Source: Promethearchaeota archaeon (GTDB lineage Archaea; Asgardarchaeota; Lokiarchaeia; Sigyniarchaeales; SOKP01). Taken from it: a stretch of 64,000 nucleotides of DNA. Location of the stretch: contig JAGXNO010000008.1 of the NCBI GenBank assembly GCA_019894975.1, positions 8,294-72,293 of the forward strand. Reading direction: 5' to 3'. Position 1 is the stretch's first letter, and every line of letters begins with the position of its first letter. Below the pieces are notes generated by a model, which was not told the DNA's origin, ran no database searches, and worked only from the letters and a program-made list of their open reading frames with translations. This document shows, piece after piece, positions 37,640 through 47,407 of the stretch. The translations under genes and the position numbers were made by a program.

Positions 37640-38434
37640 TTATTTAGACAATCTTCTCATTCTTTTTGGCAACAATACACCAAATTTACAATTTTCTAAG
37701 TCTTTTCCAATACGAGATATGATCCCCGGGGCATTAGAATCCTGTTTCAAAAGTATTAGATTTTCTAAAAAACCAAATCTCTTTACGGTAATTATATCCC
37801 TAAAATGACCCTTTCTCACAATTACTTTCTTAAATTGCCCCTTAGTCTCTCCGCTTAAGAAGATAGCCTCGAGATTCTCATCCATAATCTTTTTAAAGAT
37901 ATCTATTGTACTTTGGGCTATTTCTCCTTGGATTTCATGCTTTTCTTTATCTATTTTTAGAATTTTCACTTCAATTGGGAAATGATCGATAAAATCATAA
38001 GCTTCAATTATCTCTGGCAAAGATTTTTCACGTCCTTTACATAATTGATCTCTGAGAGAGTGTAAATTAATTAGTACATCAACCGGAGGGTTCATAATTG
38101 CACAATCTACAAATATACCGAACCCAACGCCCCCTACTTCGACAAGCGTTCCTTTATAAATTCCGCCTTCTTTAATCTCCTTAAATTCTTTAACAAAACC
38201 AATTTCGTTCTTTAATATATTAGATACAAAGACTTCTTCAGACCCACTAATCGTAATTTCAAATCGTTTATCAAAATCTCGTAGTTTTTTTATTTTCAGT
38301 GAAGTATCTGGAAAACCTTTTACCTTTTCTCCTAAGTATTTTAAATATCTCAAGAAGATATCTTCCTTTTGCTTCTTCTTAGAAACAAAATAGATTTTGT
38401 CAAATAAAACCAAATTTTTAACCATAGTGAACAC
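37640..38434 (-). CDS. Conserved archaeal hypothetical protein (DUF2110-like, possible S1/OB-like core)
   Basis: 264-aa ORF. The central GGIYKGTLVEVGGVGFGIFVD resembles an S1/OB strand pattern. The assignment is tentative. Confidence 0.35.
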   Translation of the reverse strand: MFTMVKNLVLFDKIYFVSKKKQKEDIFLRYLKYLGEKVKGFPDTSLKIKKLRDFDKRFEITISGSEEVFVSNILKNEIGFVKEFKEIKEGGIYKGTLVEVGGVGFGIFVDCAIMNPPVDVLINLHSLRDQLCKGREKSLPEIIEAYDFIDHFPIEVKILKIDKEKHEIQGEIAQSTIDIFKKIMDENLEAIFLSGETKGQFKKVIVRKGHFRDIITVKRFGFLENLILLKQDSNAPGIISRIGKDLENCKFGVLLPKRMRRLSK

Positions 38435-38600
38435 AATGTAGCTAGAGGTTAAGAGAAGTTATGTAGTTTAATATTTTAAAGGTAAAATACTTTTCCTATA
38501 TATTAAGGACCTATTTTTTTGGTTCTAAAAAGACTTAAATTTCTAAGTTATTATCTTTCATTTAACTAAATACAGATTTTAATTAGAAGTTGAAAAAATT

Positions 38601-38972
38601 ATGGAAGAGCAAAGATTTCAAGTATTAGTCAAGACTTTACAAGAACAAGAAGGCATAGAAGAAATTTTTCTGTTAAATAAAGGTGGGGAGGTCGTCTATA
38701 AATCAGCAGATTTTCAGCTATCAAACGAAGAAGCAGGTGCACTTCTTACTGCATGGAAAACAAAAGAACCTGCAATTATGTTTCAAAACTATAGATTTGC
38801 CGTTTTAAAAAATGAGGAAATCCAACTTGCTGCCAGAAACATTAGTGGTGGAAAAGGAAATATCGTTGGTTCAGTTACAAAGGAAGGAGATTATCTAGTA
38901 GCGCATACTAGGGATGAAGGGCTTATCATTTTAGAGTGGTCAATATTTATAAATAAAGTTGCGTGGTCGTAG
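38601..38972 (+). CDS. Profilin-like protein (Asgard-type profilin)
   Basis: 123 aa. By-eye alignment to eukaryotic profilin: LSNEEAGALLTAWKTKEPAIMFQNYRFAVLKNE vs [34 protein letters not shown], and GGKGNIVGSVTKEGDYLVAHTRDEG vs [25 protein letters not shown]. Confidence 0.55.
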   Translation: MEEQRFQVLVKTLQEQEGIEEIFLLNKGGEVVYKSADFQLSNEEAGALLTAWKTKEPAIMFQNYRFAVLKNEEIQLAARNISGGKGNIVGSVTKEGDYLVAHTRDEGLIILEWSIFINKVAWS

Positions 38973-39223
38973 CTCCTTTCAAAAAAAGATAAATAAAACC
39001 TTCTCTACATTCTTTTTTCACTCAAAATTTATCCTTTTTTTAAATTATTTAAACAAAATATTTATTTTAGAATTTATTACTACAATTTAACTAAGTAAAA
39101 CAAAAAAATAATATAAAAAATAGAATTAATTAAGATTTAAAATTTAAGAGTATTAACCTATTTGGTTAAACTCTTTAGGTTTTTAAAAAACATATTAAAT
39201 AGAACTAAGGAGGATATGCAAAA

Positions 39224-39949
39224 ATGTTTCAGCAAGCAGGACGTGGATATGATATGGCTATCACGCAGTTTTCACCTGAAGGACGACTTTTTCAAGTTGA
39301 GTATGCAATAGAAGCTGTTCGAAGAGGTACTACTGCTGTTGTATGTAGGAATAAAAATTCTGTAGTATTTGCGGTTGAGAAGAAAAGTTCTGAACTTCAA
39401 GAAATTAGTATGAGTTCAGAAAAAATATTTAAGATTGATAACCATATTGGAGTTGCAATAGCCGGTCTAACCGCAGATGCACGTGTGTTGATTGATAGGG
39501 CTCGTATTCAAGCTCAGGTAAATTTATTGAATTATGATGAAAAAATCTCTGTAAAGGATAGCACTTTAAATATTTGTGAATATAAGCAAGTATTCACCCA
39601 GAACGCAGGTGTGAGACCTTTCGGCGTCTCTTTTCTAGTTGCTGGAATTGATTCGAATGGCCCCTCCTTGTTTCTAACCGATCCTAGTGGTGCATTTTGG
39701 GCTTATAAAGCCTTCGCAATAGGATCTGGTGCCACTGAAGCAAGGGCTTACCTTGAAGAACATTATAAAGAAGATATGAGTGATGAGGAATTAAAATTAT
39801 TACCCTTACGAGCTCTCAAGGAGATAATGGGTGATAATCTAAATAAAGACACATGTGATATAGCTTTTATATTGAAAGAAGATAAAACGTTTAAACTTCT
39901 AAGTTTAGATGAAGAGGAAGAGTTGTTAAATAAATTAGCAACTTCCTAA
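39224..39949 (+). CDS. psmA: Proteasome subunit alpha
   Basis: YDMAITQFSPEGRLFQVEYAIEAV is the alpha-subunit N-terminal signature. It is preceded by AAGGAGGA. Confidence 0.92.
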   Translation: MFQQAGRGYDMAITQFSPEGRLFQVEYAIEAVRRGTTAVVCRNKNSVVFAVEKKSSELQEISMSSEKIFKIDNHIGVAIAGLTADARVLIDRARIQAQVNLLNYDEKISVKDSTLNICEYKQVFTQNAGVRPFGVSFLVAGIDSNGPSLFLTDPSGAFWAYKAFAIGSGATEARAYLEEHYKEDMSDEELKLLPLRALKEIMGDNLNKDTCDIAFILKEDKTFKLLSLDEEEELLNKLATS

Positions 39950-40066
39950 AACCATATATATGAAATCAAGGTTACGGCCCATTATATTTATCAATTAACG
40001 CAAAGACAAAAGTTAGGAAAAAAAGAAATTAAGGTAAATTAAGTTACGTTACTGTGAGACTATATT

Positions 40067-40870
40067 ATGATCGATCGACCAACTGACCGAGCAAGAATTG
40101 ATTTAGGGGGCTTTATAGTAGGACGAATTGAGAAATCTGGAAGACAATTCGAAATGCTTATGGATCCAGAAAAAGCTTGGGAAGCCAAGAAAACGATTAG
40201 AGAAGAAATTGATAACCGTCTCAAAGAAGGAGCAGAAAAATCGCGACTCACCGTAGACGATATTATTAATAGTAATAAAATAGATCTAGAGCTCATTTTT
40301 GAAACATTTACAGTTTTTGAAGATTTGAGAAGAGGCAAAAAGGCGACAGACGGTGATATGGAAGCGGTTTTTGATACGACAGAAGGTATGAGAATAGCTG
40401 GACACGTTCTACTTGAAGGAGAAATACACTGGACAAAAACGCAAAGAGAAGAGGAAAGAACAAAGAGATTAAAGCAAATAATAACTATTATCAGTAAAAA
40501 TGCGATTAATCCCCAGAATAAGAAACCACATCCTTCTCAGAGAATAGAGAAAGCAATTGAAGAAGCAAATGTTAAGATCGATTTAATGAGGAACGCTGAA
40601 GAACAGGTTGACGATGTAGTAAAAAGTATTCGAGTTATCATTCCAATTCGTATGGAACAAGTAGAAATGGCAATAAAAATACCTTCGGCTTTTACAGCTA
40701 AAGGGTACAATATCGTAGCTCAACTTGCCCAAATCAAGAATGAAGAATGGCAATCTGATGGTTCTTGGGTGTCTGTTGTTAGTTTACCTGCAGGTTTACA
40801 AATGGAAATGATTGATAAATTGAATAAATTAACTCATGGAAGAGTTCAAACCAAACTTTTAAAATCCTAA
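40067..40870 (+). CDS. SBDS-family ribosome maturation protein (Sdo1)
   Basis: IVGRIEKSGRQFEMLMDPEKAWEAKK is a FYSH-domain start. The gene sits between psmA and rrp4, as in the archaeal superoperon. Confidence 0.85.
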   Translation: MIDRPTDRARIDLGGFIVGRIEKSGRQFEMLMDPEKAWEAKKTIREEIDNRLKEGAEKSRLTVDDIINSNKIDLELIFETFTVFEDLRRGKKATDGDMEAVFDTTEGMRIAGHVLLEGEIHWTKTQREEERTKRLKQIITIISKNAINPQNKKPHPSQRIEKAIEEANVKIDLMRNAEEQVDDVVKSIRVIIPIRMEQVEMAIKIPSAFTAKGYNIVAQLAQIKNEEWQSDGSWVSVVSLPAGLQMEMIDKLNKLTHGRVQTKLLKS

Positions 40871-40960
40871 CCAGTATAATTTTAATTAATTCTGATTTAT
40901 GTTATTTTTTTGGCAATGGTTAGGTAATATAATAAAATTAATAAAAGAGTGTGAGTAATT

Positions 40961-41851
40961 TTGGAGAATGAAACAAATAATGAGAATTTCGACAATACCG
41001 AAGAGAGAGAAGAAAAAATTGATGGTGAGTTCGAAGATTTTGAAGATGTCGAAGATACAAGAGAAGTAGTTGTACCTGGAGAGGTATTGACTGAAGATAC
41101 GAAGAATTTTCTGCCAGGACGAGGTACGATTTATAATAAGAAGAGGACGCAGATAATTTCTTTAAATATAGGATTAAAACAGATAAAAAAGAATTATATA
41201 AATGTGATCCCTCTTAGAGGTTTTTATACTCCTCGACCTGGAGATAAAGTTATAGCTCTTGTTGTTGATAAGAATCCTGTGAAATATAGATGTGATATTA
41301 ATGCGAAAGATTTTGGTACATTGAAGCCAAAAAATACAATAAAAAGAGGAAGAATGGGATCATTCAGAGGCGGTGGTGATCGTGGTGGTAGTCGTGGTGG
41401 TGATCGTGGTGGTAGTCGTGGTGGTGATCGTGGTGGCAGTCGTGGTGGAGGTTATTCTCGAGATGATAGCAACGCGGAAGTATTCGATATTGGGGATATC
41501 TTGATTGTAAAGATTTTGTCAGCTGATCGTTTAAATAAACCTGAACTAACAACTGTAGGAAAATATTTGGGTAAAAGAAATAACGGTGTTGTAATTACAA
41601 TTGATCCCCCTAAAATTCCTCGCGTTATCGGTCGCGATGGCTCAATGATTAAAATGTTAAAAGACTTAACGAAGACTAATATTTTTGTAACTCAAAATGG
41701 ACGCATATGGATAAAAGGTGAAGATATCGCTCATGAACGGCTACTTATCGAATCAATACAAAAAATAGCGATGGAAGCACATACAGTAGGTTTAACTGAC
41801 CGAATGCAGGAATATGTAATTAAAGAAAAAAAAAAAAGAGGTATAGATTAA
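40961..41851 (+). CDS. rrp4: Exosome complex RNA-binding subunit Rrp4 (S1 plus KH), with an acidic N-terminal extension and an internal RGG-repeat insert
   Basis: VVPGEVL...PGDKVIALVVD (S1) and PRVIGRDGSMIKMLKDLTKTNIFVTQNGRIWIKG (KH). TTG is the only start available in the frame (stop at 40952..40954). Confidence 0.85.
   Translation: MENETNNENFDNTEEREEKIDGEFEDFEDVEDTREVVVPGEVLTEDTKNFLPGRGTIYNKKRTQIISLNIGLKQIKKNYINVIPLRGFYTPRPGDKVIALVVDKNPVKYRCDINAKDFGTLKPKNTIKRGRMGSFRGGGDRGGSRGGDRGGSRGGDRGGSRGGGYSRDDSNAEVFDIGDILIVKILSADRLNKPELTTVGKYLGKRNNGVVITIDPPKIPRVIGRDGSMIKMLKDLTKTNIFVTQNGRIWIKGEDIAHERLLIESIQKIAMEAHTVGLTDRMQEYVIKEKKKRGID
41375..41446 (+). repeat. 3 x 24-nt in-frame tandem repeat encoding (GDRGGSRG)3 inside rrp4
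   Basis: ggtgatcgtggtggtagtcgtggt is repeated three times head to tail. The third copy has one ggt-to-ggc change. Confidence 0.9.
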
Positions 41852-42607
41852 ATGCCATTGATTATTAAAGATGAGTATCCTGAAAAGTTATTCCGTGAAG
41901 ACGGTAAGCGTCTTGATGGAAGGGATGCAAATGAAGTAAGACCAATTAAAATGGAAGTTGGAGTTATTAAGAGTGCTGATGGTTCTGCTTATTTAGAATG
42001 GGGTAATAATAAAATCTTTGCTGCGGTCTATGGGCCAAGAGAAGTTCATCCACATCATTTAGCAAAACCAGATCGAGGGATTCTAAGAGTATTTTATAGA
42101 ATGGCTACTTATTCTGTTTTTGATAGAAAAAGACCAGCTCCCGGACGCAGAGAAAAAGAAATATCGATGATTGTATCAGATTGTTTAGAGCCAATCCTCT
42201 TTCTTGAACTGTATCCAGGTACGAGTTTTGAAGTTTTTATTGAGGTAATAGATGCAGATGGAGGTACTAGATGCGCTAGTACTACAGTAGCAGCTTTAGC
42301 CTTAGCAGATGCTGGAATTCCTATGAAAAGCTTAGTTTCTGCGATCGCAGTAGGTAAGATTGACGGTAAACTAGTGGTAGACCTTTCAGGGATTGAAGAT
42401 AAAGCTGGTGATGCGGATTTACCGATTGCAATCACATGGTATAATGAAGAATTATCATTACTTCAATTTGATGGAGATATGACTTTAGATGAAATGAATG
42501 AATTTTTAGATATGGCAAAAGAGTCATTAGGTAAAGTCTATCAAATGCAATTAGAAGCTTTAAAAAGGAAATATATTACTCCAACAAACGAGGAGGGTGA
42601 AAAATAA
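41852..42607 (+). CDS. rrp41: Exosome complex exonuclease Rrp41 (RNase PH-like, catalytic)
   Basis: RLDGRDANEVRPIKMEVGVIKSADGSAYLEWGNNKIFAAVYGPRE and IEVIDADGGTRCASTTVAALALADAGIPM. Confidence 0.9.
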   Translation: MPLIIKDEYPEKLFREDGKRLDGRDANEVRPIKMEVGVIKSADGSAYLEWGNNKIFAAVYGPREVHPHHLAKPDRGILRVFYRMATYSVFDRKRPAPGRREKEISMIVSDCLEPILFLELYPGTSFEVFIEVIDADGGTRCASTTVAALALADAGIPMKSLVSAIAVGKIDGKLVVDLSGIEDKAGDADLPIAITWYNEELSLLQFDGDMTLDEMNEFLDMAKESLGKVYQMQLEALKRKYITPTNEEGEK

Positions 42608-42609
42608 AG

Positions 42610-43437
42610 ATGATGGACGTAAAAAGAATAATTTCACGCATAGAAAAAAATTACATTTTATCAAACTTGAAAAAAGAAGAGCGTGTTGACGGTAGAGGTT
42701 TATGGGATTATCGAGATTTTAGTATAACAAGTGACGTTGTTGCATCAGCCGAAGGTTCTGCCGATGTATCATTAGGAGACACAAGGTTAATTACAGGATT
42801 AAAATATGATATCGGACCCCCTTTTGATGATTTACCCGATGAAGGAGTCTGCACTGTTATGGCAGAGCTACTTCCGTTAGCATCTCCTTTGTTTGAAAGA
42901 GGTCCTCCCGATGAACAATCTATCGAATTAGCGAGAGTCGTAGATCGTGGAATTAGACATGCAGATTGCATTCAAACCAAGAAACTATGTATTAAAGAAA
43001 AAGAAGCAGTCTATATTCTATTCGTTGATATGTATGTTATAAACCATGATGGTAATTTGATTGATGCCGGGGGAGTAAGTGCTTTAACCACTTTACTTTC
43101 AGCACATCTTCCTGAAGGGAGAATTGGAGATAATGGTCTTGAATGGACAGGAAAATATTTGACAGGAGACGATTTAATCAAAGAATTGCCGTTTGTTATA
43201 ACTTATGGAAAAATTGATGATATTATTTTCTTAGATCCTAATTTACCCGAAGAATTAATCTGTGAAGGTAAAATCTCAATCTCAGTGACAGAGAAAAATA
43301 TTACATCTATTCAAAAAAGTGGAGCGGCTACATTTTCGATTGACGATATTAAAATGTTAGGAAAGAAATCTTTAGAAATTGGTCAAAAACTAAGAAAAGA
43401 GTTAAATCTTTTGCAGTATAAAAGTTCAAATAAATAA
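42610..43437 (+). CDS. rrp42: Exosome complex subunit Rrp42 (RNase PH-like, non-catalytic)
   Basis: RVDGRGLWDYRDFSITSDVVASAEGSADVSLGDTRL. It lies immediately after rrp41. Confidence 0.85.
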   Translation: MMDVKRIISRIEKNYILSNLKKEERVDGRGLWDYRDFSITSDVVASAEGSADVSLGDTRLITGLKYDIGPPFDDLPDEGVCTVMAELLPLASPLFERGPPDEQSIELARVVDRGIRHADCIQTKKLCIKEKEAVYILFVDMYVINHDGNLIDAGGVSALTTLLSAHLPEGRIGDNGLEWTGKYLTGDDLIKELPFVITYGKIDDIIFLDPNLPEELICEGKISISVTEKNITSIQKSGAATFSIDDIKMLGKKSLEIGQKLRKELNLLQYKSSNK

Positions 43438-43624
43438 ATTTTTTTAAATCATTTTTTATTATTTTGTTTAGGTTTTCTTATTATAAACAGATAATTTCTT
43501 TTGTAATTTCACTCTAGTAAAAATGAAAAATCCAATGTAATTTTCTATCGCTATTTAGAAAAATTTATAGTTTATCCTAAGTTTTAATATATCATCAATT
43601 ATTAAAAACTATTTTTGAGATAAA

Positions 43625-43906
43625 ATGGGAAAGCGAACTGGAATTACCGGTAAATACGGTGCTCGTTATGGGAGCACATTACGTAAAAGAACTCGTTTAA
43701 TTTTGGAAAAAATGAAAGGAGACGCGAAATGCCCTAGGTGTGAAACTAGAGGATCTATACATAGGATATCAACGGGGATTTGGCATTGTAAAAAATGTGA
43801 TGCTCGTTTTACTGGAGGGGCGTATTTTCTTGAAACTCCTAGGGGAGCTGAATCCTTCCGGATTGCAAAACGTAAGCAAAGAGAAGTTGAAACAGTTGAA
43901 GAATAA
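43625..43906 (+). CDS. rpl37ae: Ribosomal protein eL43 (L37Ae)
   Basis: GKYGARYGSTLRKR and the zinc ribbon CPRCETRGSIHRISTGIWHCKKCDARFTGGAY. Confidence 0.9.
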   Translation: MGKRTGITGKYGARYGSTLRKRTRLILEKMKGDAKCPRCETRGSIHRISTGIWHCKKCDARFTGGAYFLETPRGAESFRIAKRKQREVETVEE

Positions 43907-44178
43907 TGAACCAAACAACTCTTTTTACTATTGAATCAACTATAGAATTACTTTTTGAGAATTCTCACCTGAGAGATATTTCGTATAACTCTTTTATCCC
44001 TGAAATTAAAAAGCTGCAAACAAATAGATCAAAGATTTTTGTTGAGAAAAAAAATCAACATCAACTAGTCTTTCAGATTGAAAGTAATGATATCACCGCT
44101 TTTCGAGCCTCTATGAATGAAATTGTTAGTTTTGGTAAAATAATTGAAAATACTGTACAACTACATAAAATTTCTTAA
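43906..44178 (+). CDS. KEOPS complex subunit Pcc1-like protein
   Basis: 90 aa whose start overlaps the eL43 stop. LVFQIESNDITAFRASMNEIVSFGKIIENT fits the Pcc1 h-x-h-x-A-x-D..A-h-RA..NS pattern, and the position in the superoperon is consistent with Pcc1. Confidence 0.5.
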   Translation: MNQTTLFTIESTIELLFENSHLRDISYNSFIPEIKKLQTNRSKIFVEKKNQHQLVFQIESNDITAFRASMNEIVSFGKIIENTVQLHKIS

Positions 44179-44242
44179 AATAATATAAAATTATAATAAT
44201 TCAATTAAAAAATAAATTATAGAAAAGGAAGAAGGTCGAAGA

Positions 44243-44605
44243 ATGTCAATTAATTTAAATAATCTTGATGAAGAACAAAGAAATAAAATTCAAAACCTTG
44301 CAAATTTACAGCAAACCTATGAAATAATAAATACTCAAAGAAATCAGATGGAGTCTCATTTAAGAGAAACAGAGTTTGCTATTGAAGAATTGGAAAAAAC
44401 TAGCGAAGAAAATGCCGTTTATAAATCAATAGGAGGAATCTTAGTAAAAAGTGAGCGAAATAAACTGCTTGATGAGAAAAAAAGTTTAAAAGTTACTCTC
44501 GAAATGAGATTGAAAACATTAGATCAGAAGAAATCAAGATTAGAAAATCAAATTACTACATTAAGTACTTCAATTCAAGAGGATCTCAAAAATCAAAATA
44601 TCTAG
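44243..44605 (+). CDS. pfdB: Prefoldin subunit beta
   Basis: 120-aa coiled-coil / beta-hairpin / coiled-coil layout (VYKSIGGILVKSER hairpin) at the conserved superoperon position. Confidence 0.75.
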   Translation: MSINLNNLDEEQRNKIQNLANLQQTYEIINTQRNQMESHLRETEFAIEELEKTSEENAVYKSIGGILVKSERNKLLDEKKSLKVTLEMRLKTLDQKKSRLENQITTLSTSIQEDLKNQNI

Positions 44606-44613
44606 ACGAATTC

Positions 44614-45618
44614 ATGTTATATTCTAAATATGAAGATTTTTTATCTTTTTTACAGTATAAAAAGATTCTTATCACCACTCATGATTTAGTCGATATTGAT
44701 GGATTTGCTTCATGTTTTGCTCTAAAATTCTTTTTATGTGAACGTTTTAACAAATCACCCTCAATCTTTTTTTCAGAACTCTCAAAAGCAACTAAAAATT
44801 TTATGAATAAGTTTTTAATTAAATTTCCAGAATTTAAATTCGATTATGAAACTGAGGTAAATCTTGCCAACTATGATGTATGCTTAATAATTGATACAAA
44901 TGATTTGAGTCAAATACATTTTAATAGTAGTAAAAGCTCTAAATTAGATATACCATATATCTTAATTGATCATCACCATTATGGCAAAACTGAGCTTGAA
45001 AACCGCAATATTTCTTCATTAAATTTAATAAATGACGATATTTCTTCATCAGCAGAAATAATTTTAGACTTAATTGAATCTCAAAACCAAGATTTGCCAA
45101 CTAGATACAGATATCTGATGGCTGCTGCTATTTTAGTAGATTCAGGATTCTTTAGATATGGAAATAATGGTACGATTAGAAAATTTAGTAGATTACTAGA
45201 TGAAAAGGTAAACTACCAACATCTTCTAAATATGTTGCAAAATGAAACGGACATCTCCGAGAAAATCGCCAAAATTAAAGGCTTACAGAGAGTAGAGTTA
45301 ATACGTAAAGGAGATTATTTAATTGGAGTCAGCAATGTAAGTAGTTTTGGTGCCAATGTTGCTTCGATGTTGATAAAAAATGGTTTTGATGTAGGGATTG
45401 TCTATTCTGTGGAAAAAAATAGGAAGAATATTAATAGTAGAGCAAAAAAAAGCGTCTGTTTAAATACAGGATTACATTTAGGTAAAATTTTAGAAGAATT
45501 ATCAAAATACGCTGACGGAAGTGGTGGAGGTCATGATGGAGCAGCTTCTATAGCATTTAATGCTGAGTTAAAACAGGTTCTTTCTAAGTTTATCGAGAAA
45601 ATAAAACATTTTTTATAA
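44614..45618 (+). CDS. DHH/DHHA1-family phosphoesterase (NrnA-like)
   Basis: HDLVDIDG, IIDTND, LIDHHHYG (DHH) and the C-terminal GGGHDGAAS (DHHA1 GGGH). Confidence 0.75.
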   Translation: MLYSKYEDFLSFLQYKKILITTHDLVDIDGFASCFALKFFLCERFNKSPSIFFSELSKATKNFMNKFLIKFPEFKFDYETEVNLANYDVCLIIDTNDLSQIHFNSSKSSKLDIPYILIDHHHYGKTELENRNISSLNLINDDISSSAEIILDLIESQNQDLPTRYRYLMAAAILVDSGFFRYGNNGTIRKFSRLLDEKVNYQHLLNMLQNETDISEKIAKIKGLQRVELIRKGDYLIGVSNVSSFGANVASMLIKNGFDVGIVYSVEKNRKNINSRAKKSVCLNTGLHLGKILEELSKYADGSGGGHDGAASIAFNAELKQVLSKFIEKIKHFL

Positions 45619-45681
45619 TCTAAATTTTAAATAATTAAACATTATTATACTTCAAAACTGAATGTAGGATTCAAAATAAGA

Positions 45682-46527
45682 ATGGATTTAGTAAGGTTTG
45701 AAGGTTTTTCTTTTCGTTATAAAGGAAATGAAGTTTATGCTTTAGATAACATTAATTTAAGGATAGAAGAAAATAAATTTATTTTATTGTGCGGAGAAAC
45801 AGGTTCAGGAAAAACTACGTTAATTAGATGTATGAATGGATTAATTCCTCAATTTTATTCGGGTTTTTATAAAGGTAAAGTTTATGTGCATGGAATGGAC
45901 ACGACAAATACATCAATAGCAAATTTATCTACTGAAGTTGGAATAGTTTTCCAAAATCCAGAGAATCAGTTAATTGCAATGAATGTAGAGCATGAGATTG
46001 CGTTTGGATTAGAAAATCTAGGAGTTCCACCAAAAGAAATATCAAAAAGAATACAAGAAAGTGCTTCACTAACCGAAATTGAACATATTTTAGATAAAGC
46101 ACCCTTTGAATTAAGTGGGGGGGAACAACAACGAGTTGCTATTGCTTCAATCTTAGTTTTAAAACCCAAATTTCTCATTTTGGATGAACCTACAGCATTA
46201 TTAGATCCTTATATGGCTAAGAAAATTATAACATTATTGAAGGAAATACAACTAGATAGAAATCTTTCGATTATGATAAGTGAACATCGATTAGATCTAG
46301 TCATCCCTTTTGCAGAAGAGATAGTCTTAATGAAAGATGGGAGAATTATAGAACATGATTCTCGTGATAACGTTCTCAACGGATTAAAATTTCAAAACTT
46401 AAAGTTAAACAAACCCGTATTATATACAATATTTAATGAACTTAGGAAAAGAAACTTGATTAAGGGAAATATACCTGCTTCGATTCCTGCTGCTTTAGAT
46501 TTGATTAAAAAATTCCAACACGAATAA
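45682..46527 (+). CDS. ecfA: ECF transporter ATPase component (EcfA/CbiO)
   Basis: Walker A GETGSGKTT, ABC signature LSGGEQQRV, Walker B FLILDEPT. Confidence 0.85.
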   Translation: MDLVRFEGFSFRYKGNEVYALDNINLRIEENKFILLCGETGSGKTTLIRCMNGLIPQFYSGFYKGKVYVHGMDTTNTSIANLSTEVGIVFQNPENQLIAMNVEHEIAFGLENLGVPPKEISKRIQESASLTEIEHILDKAPFELSGGEQQRVAIASILVLKPKFLILDEPTALLDPYMAKKIITLLKEIQLDRNLSIMISEHRLDLVIPFAEEIVLMKDGRIIEHDSRDNVLNGLKFQNLKLNKPVLYTIFNELRKRNLIKGNIPASIPAALDLIKKFQHE

Positions 46528-46537
46528 GGTTGCTTAT

Positions 46538-47401
46538 ATGATGAAAGAATTACCATTAATTATTATAGATGGTGTTGATTACATTTATCCAAATGGTACT
46601 GCTGCTTTAAAAAATATTAGTTTAACTATCCATAAGGGGGAGATGATAGCAATTATGGGTAAAAATGGAGCAGGTAAGACAACTCTAATCCGAACTTTGA
46701 ATGGTTTAATTAGACCGACAGCAGGTGATATTTTTATCAATTATGAAAATATTAATATGAAAAGTATAGCAGAATTATCGCAGAGGGTCGGTTTAATTTT
46801 TCAAAATCCCTCTCATCAATTATTTGCTAATTCTGTAGAAGAAGAAATTAAGTTTTCCTTAAAAAACTTATATCAAGACAATGAAGAACTTCAATTAAAG
46901 ACAGATTATGTCTTAAAGAGTTTTAATCTTGAAAAATATCGAGAGAGATCTCCCTTAAACTTATCGGGAGGGGAATCAAAAAAGTTAGCCATTGCTTCTA
47001 TTATGTGCAGAGATCCGGAGGTTCTAGTATTTGATGAGCCTACTCTAGGTCAGGACGCTAATGAGATTGAATCATTCATTAAATTAATTGATAAAGAAAA
47101 GAAAAAAGAAAAAACTGTAATAATAATAACCCATAATGTTGAATTTGCATTTGAATTTATCCCTAGAACAATTTTAATGGCAGAAGGACAAATTATTGCT
47201 GATGGTCCTACTCTAAATATTTTAAGTAGTAATTTTTTAACAGAAAGATCATCATTAGTCCTTCCCCAAACTCGGCAATTATCTTTAGCATTATCCAAGG
47301 CAGGATTCCAAGAACTCACCAATATAACTTCAAGACATGAAATCACAGAATATCTAATGAAAATTTTGGAGAATAAAATTACTTCAATCAAGGAGGAGTA
47401 A
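46538..47401 (+). CDS. ecfA: ECF transporter ATPase component (EcfA'/CbiO)
   Basis: Walker A GKNGAGKTT, signature LSGGESKKL, Walker B VLVFDEPT. Confidence 0.85.
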   Translation: MMKELPLIIIDGVDYIYPNGTAALKNISLTIHKGEMIAIMGKNGAGKTTLIRTLNGLIRPTAGDIFINYENINMKSIAELSQRVGLIFQNPSHQLFANSVEEEIKFSLKNLYQDNEELQLKTDYVLKSFNLEKYRERSPLNLSGGESKKLAIASIMCRDPEVLVFDEPTLGQDANEIESFIKLIDKEKKKEKTVIIITHNVEFAFEFIPRTILMAEGQIIADGPTLNILSSNFLTERSSLVLPQTRQLSLALSKAGFQELTNITSRHEITEYLMKILENKITSIKEE

Positions 47402-47407
47402 AATTAA

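Noticed and set aside
37572-37808. 78-aa plus-strand ORF
   Set aside because: It starts inside tRNA-Val(UAC) and overlaps the convergent 264-aa gene. No motif support.
41375-41446. Short tandem repeat considered as a CRISPR-like or minisatellite element
   Set aside because: The copies are contiguous with no spacers, in frame within rrp4, and encode a (GDRGGSRG)3 peptide. This is not a CRISPR array.
41364-41552. Minus-strand 62-aa His/Asp-rich ORF (HHDHHHD repeats)
   Set aside because: It is simply the reverse complement of the GGT-GAT-CGT RGG tandem repeat inside rrp4, an artefact of the repeat.
43666-43934. ORFs 43666..43914 (-) and 43740..43934 (+) overlapping the eL43 gene
   Set aside because: These are shadow frames of a ribosomal protein gene with an unambiguous zinc-ribbon signature.
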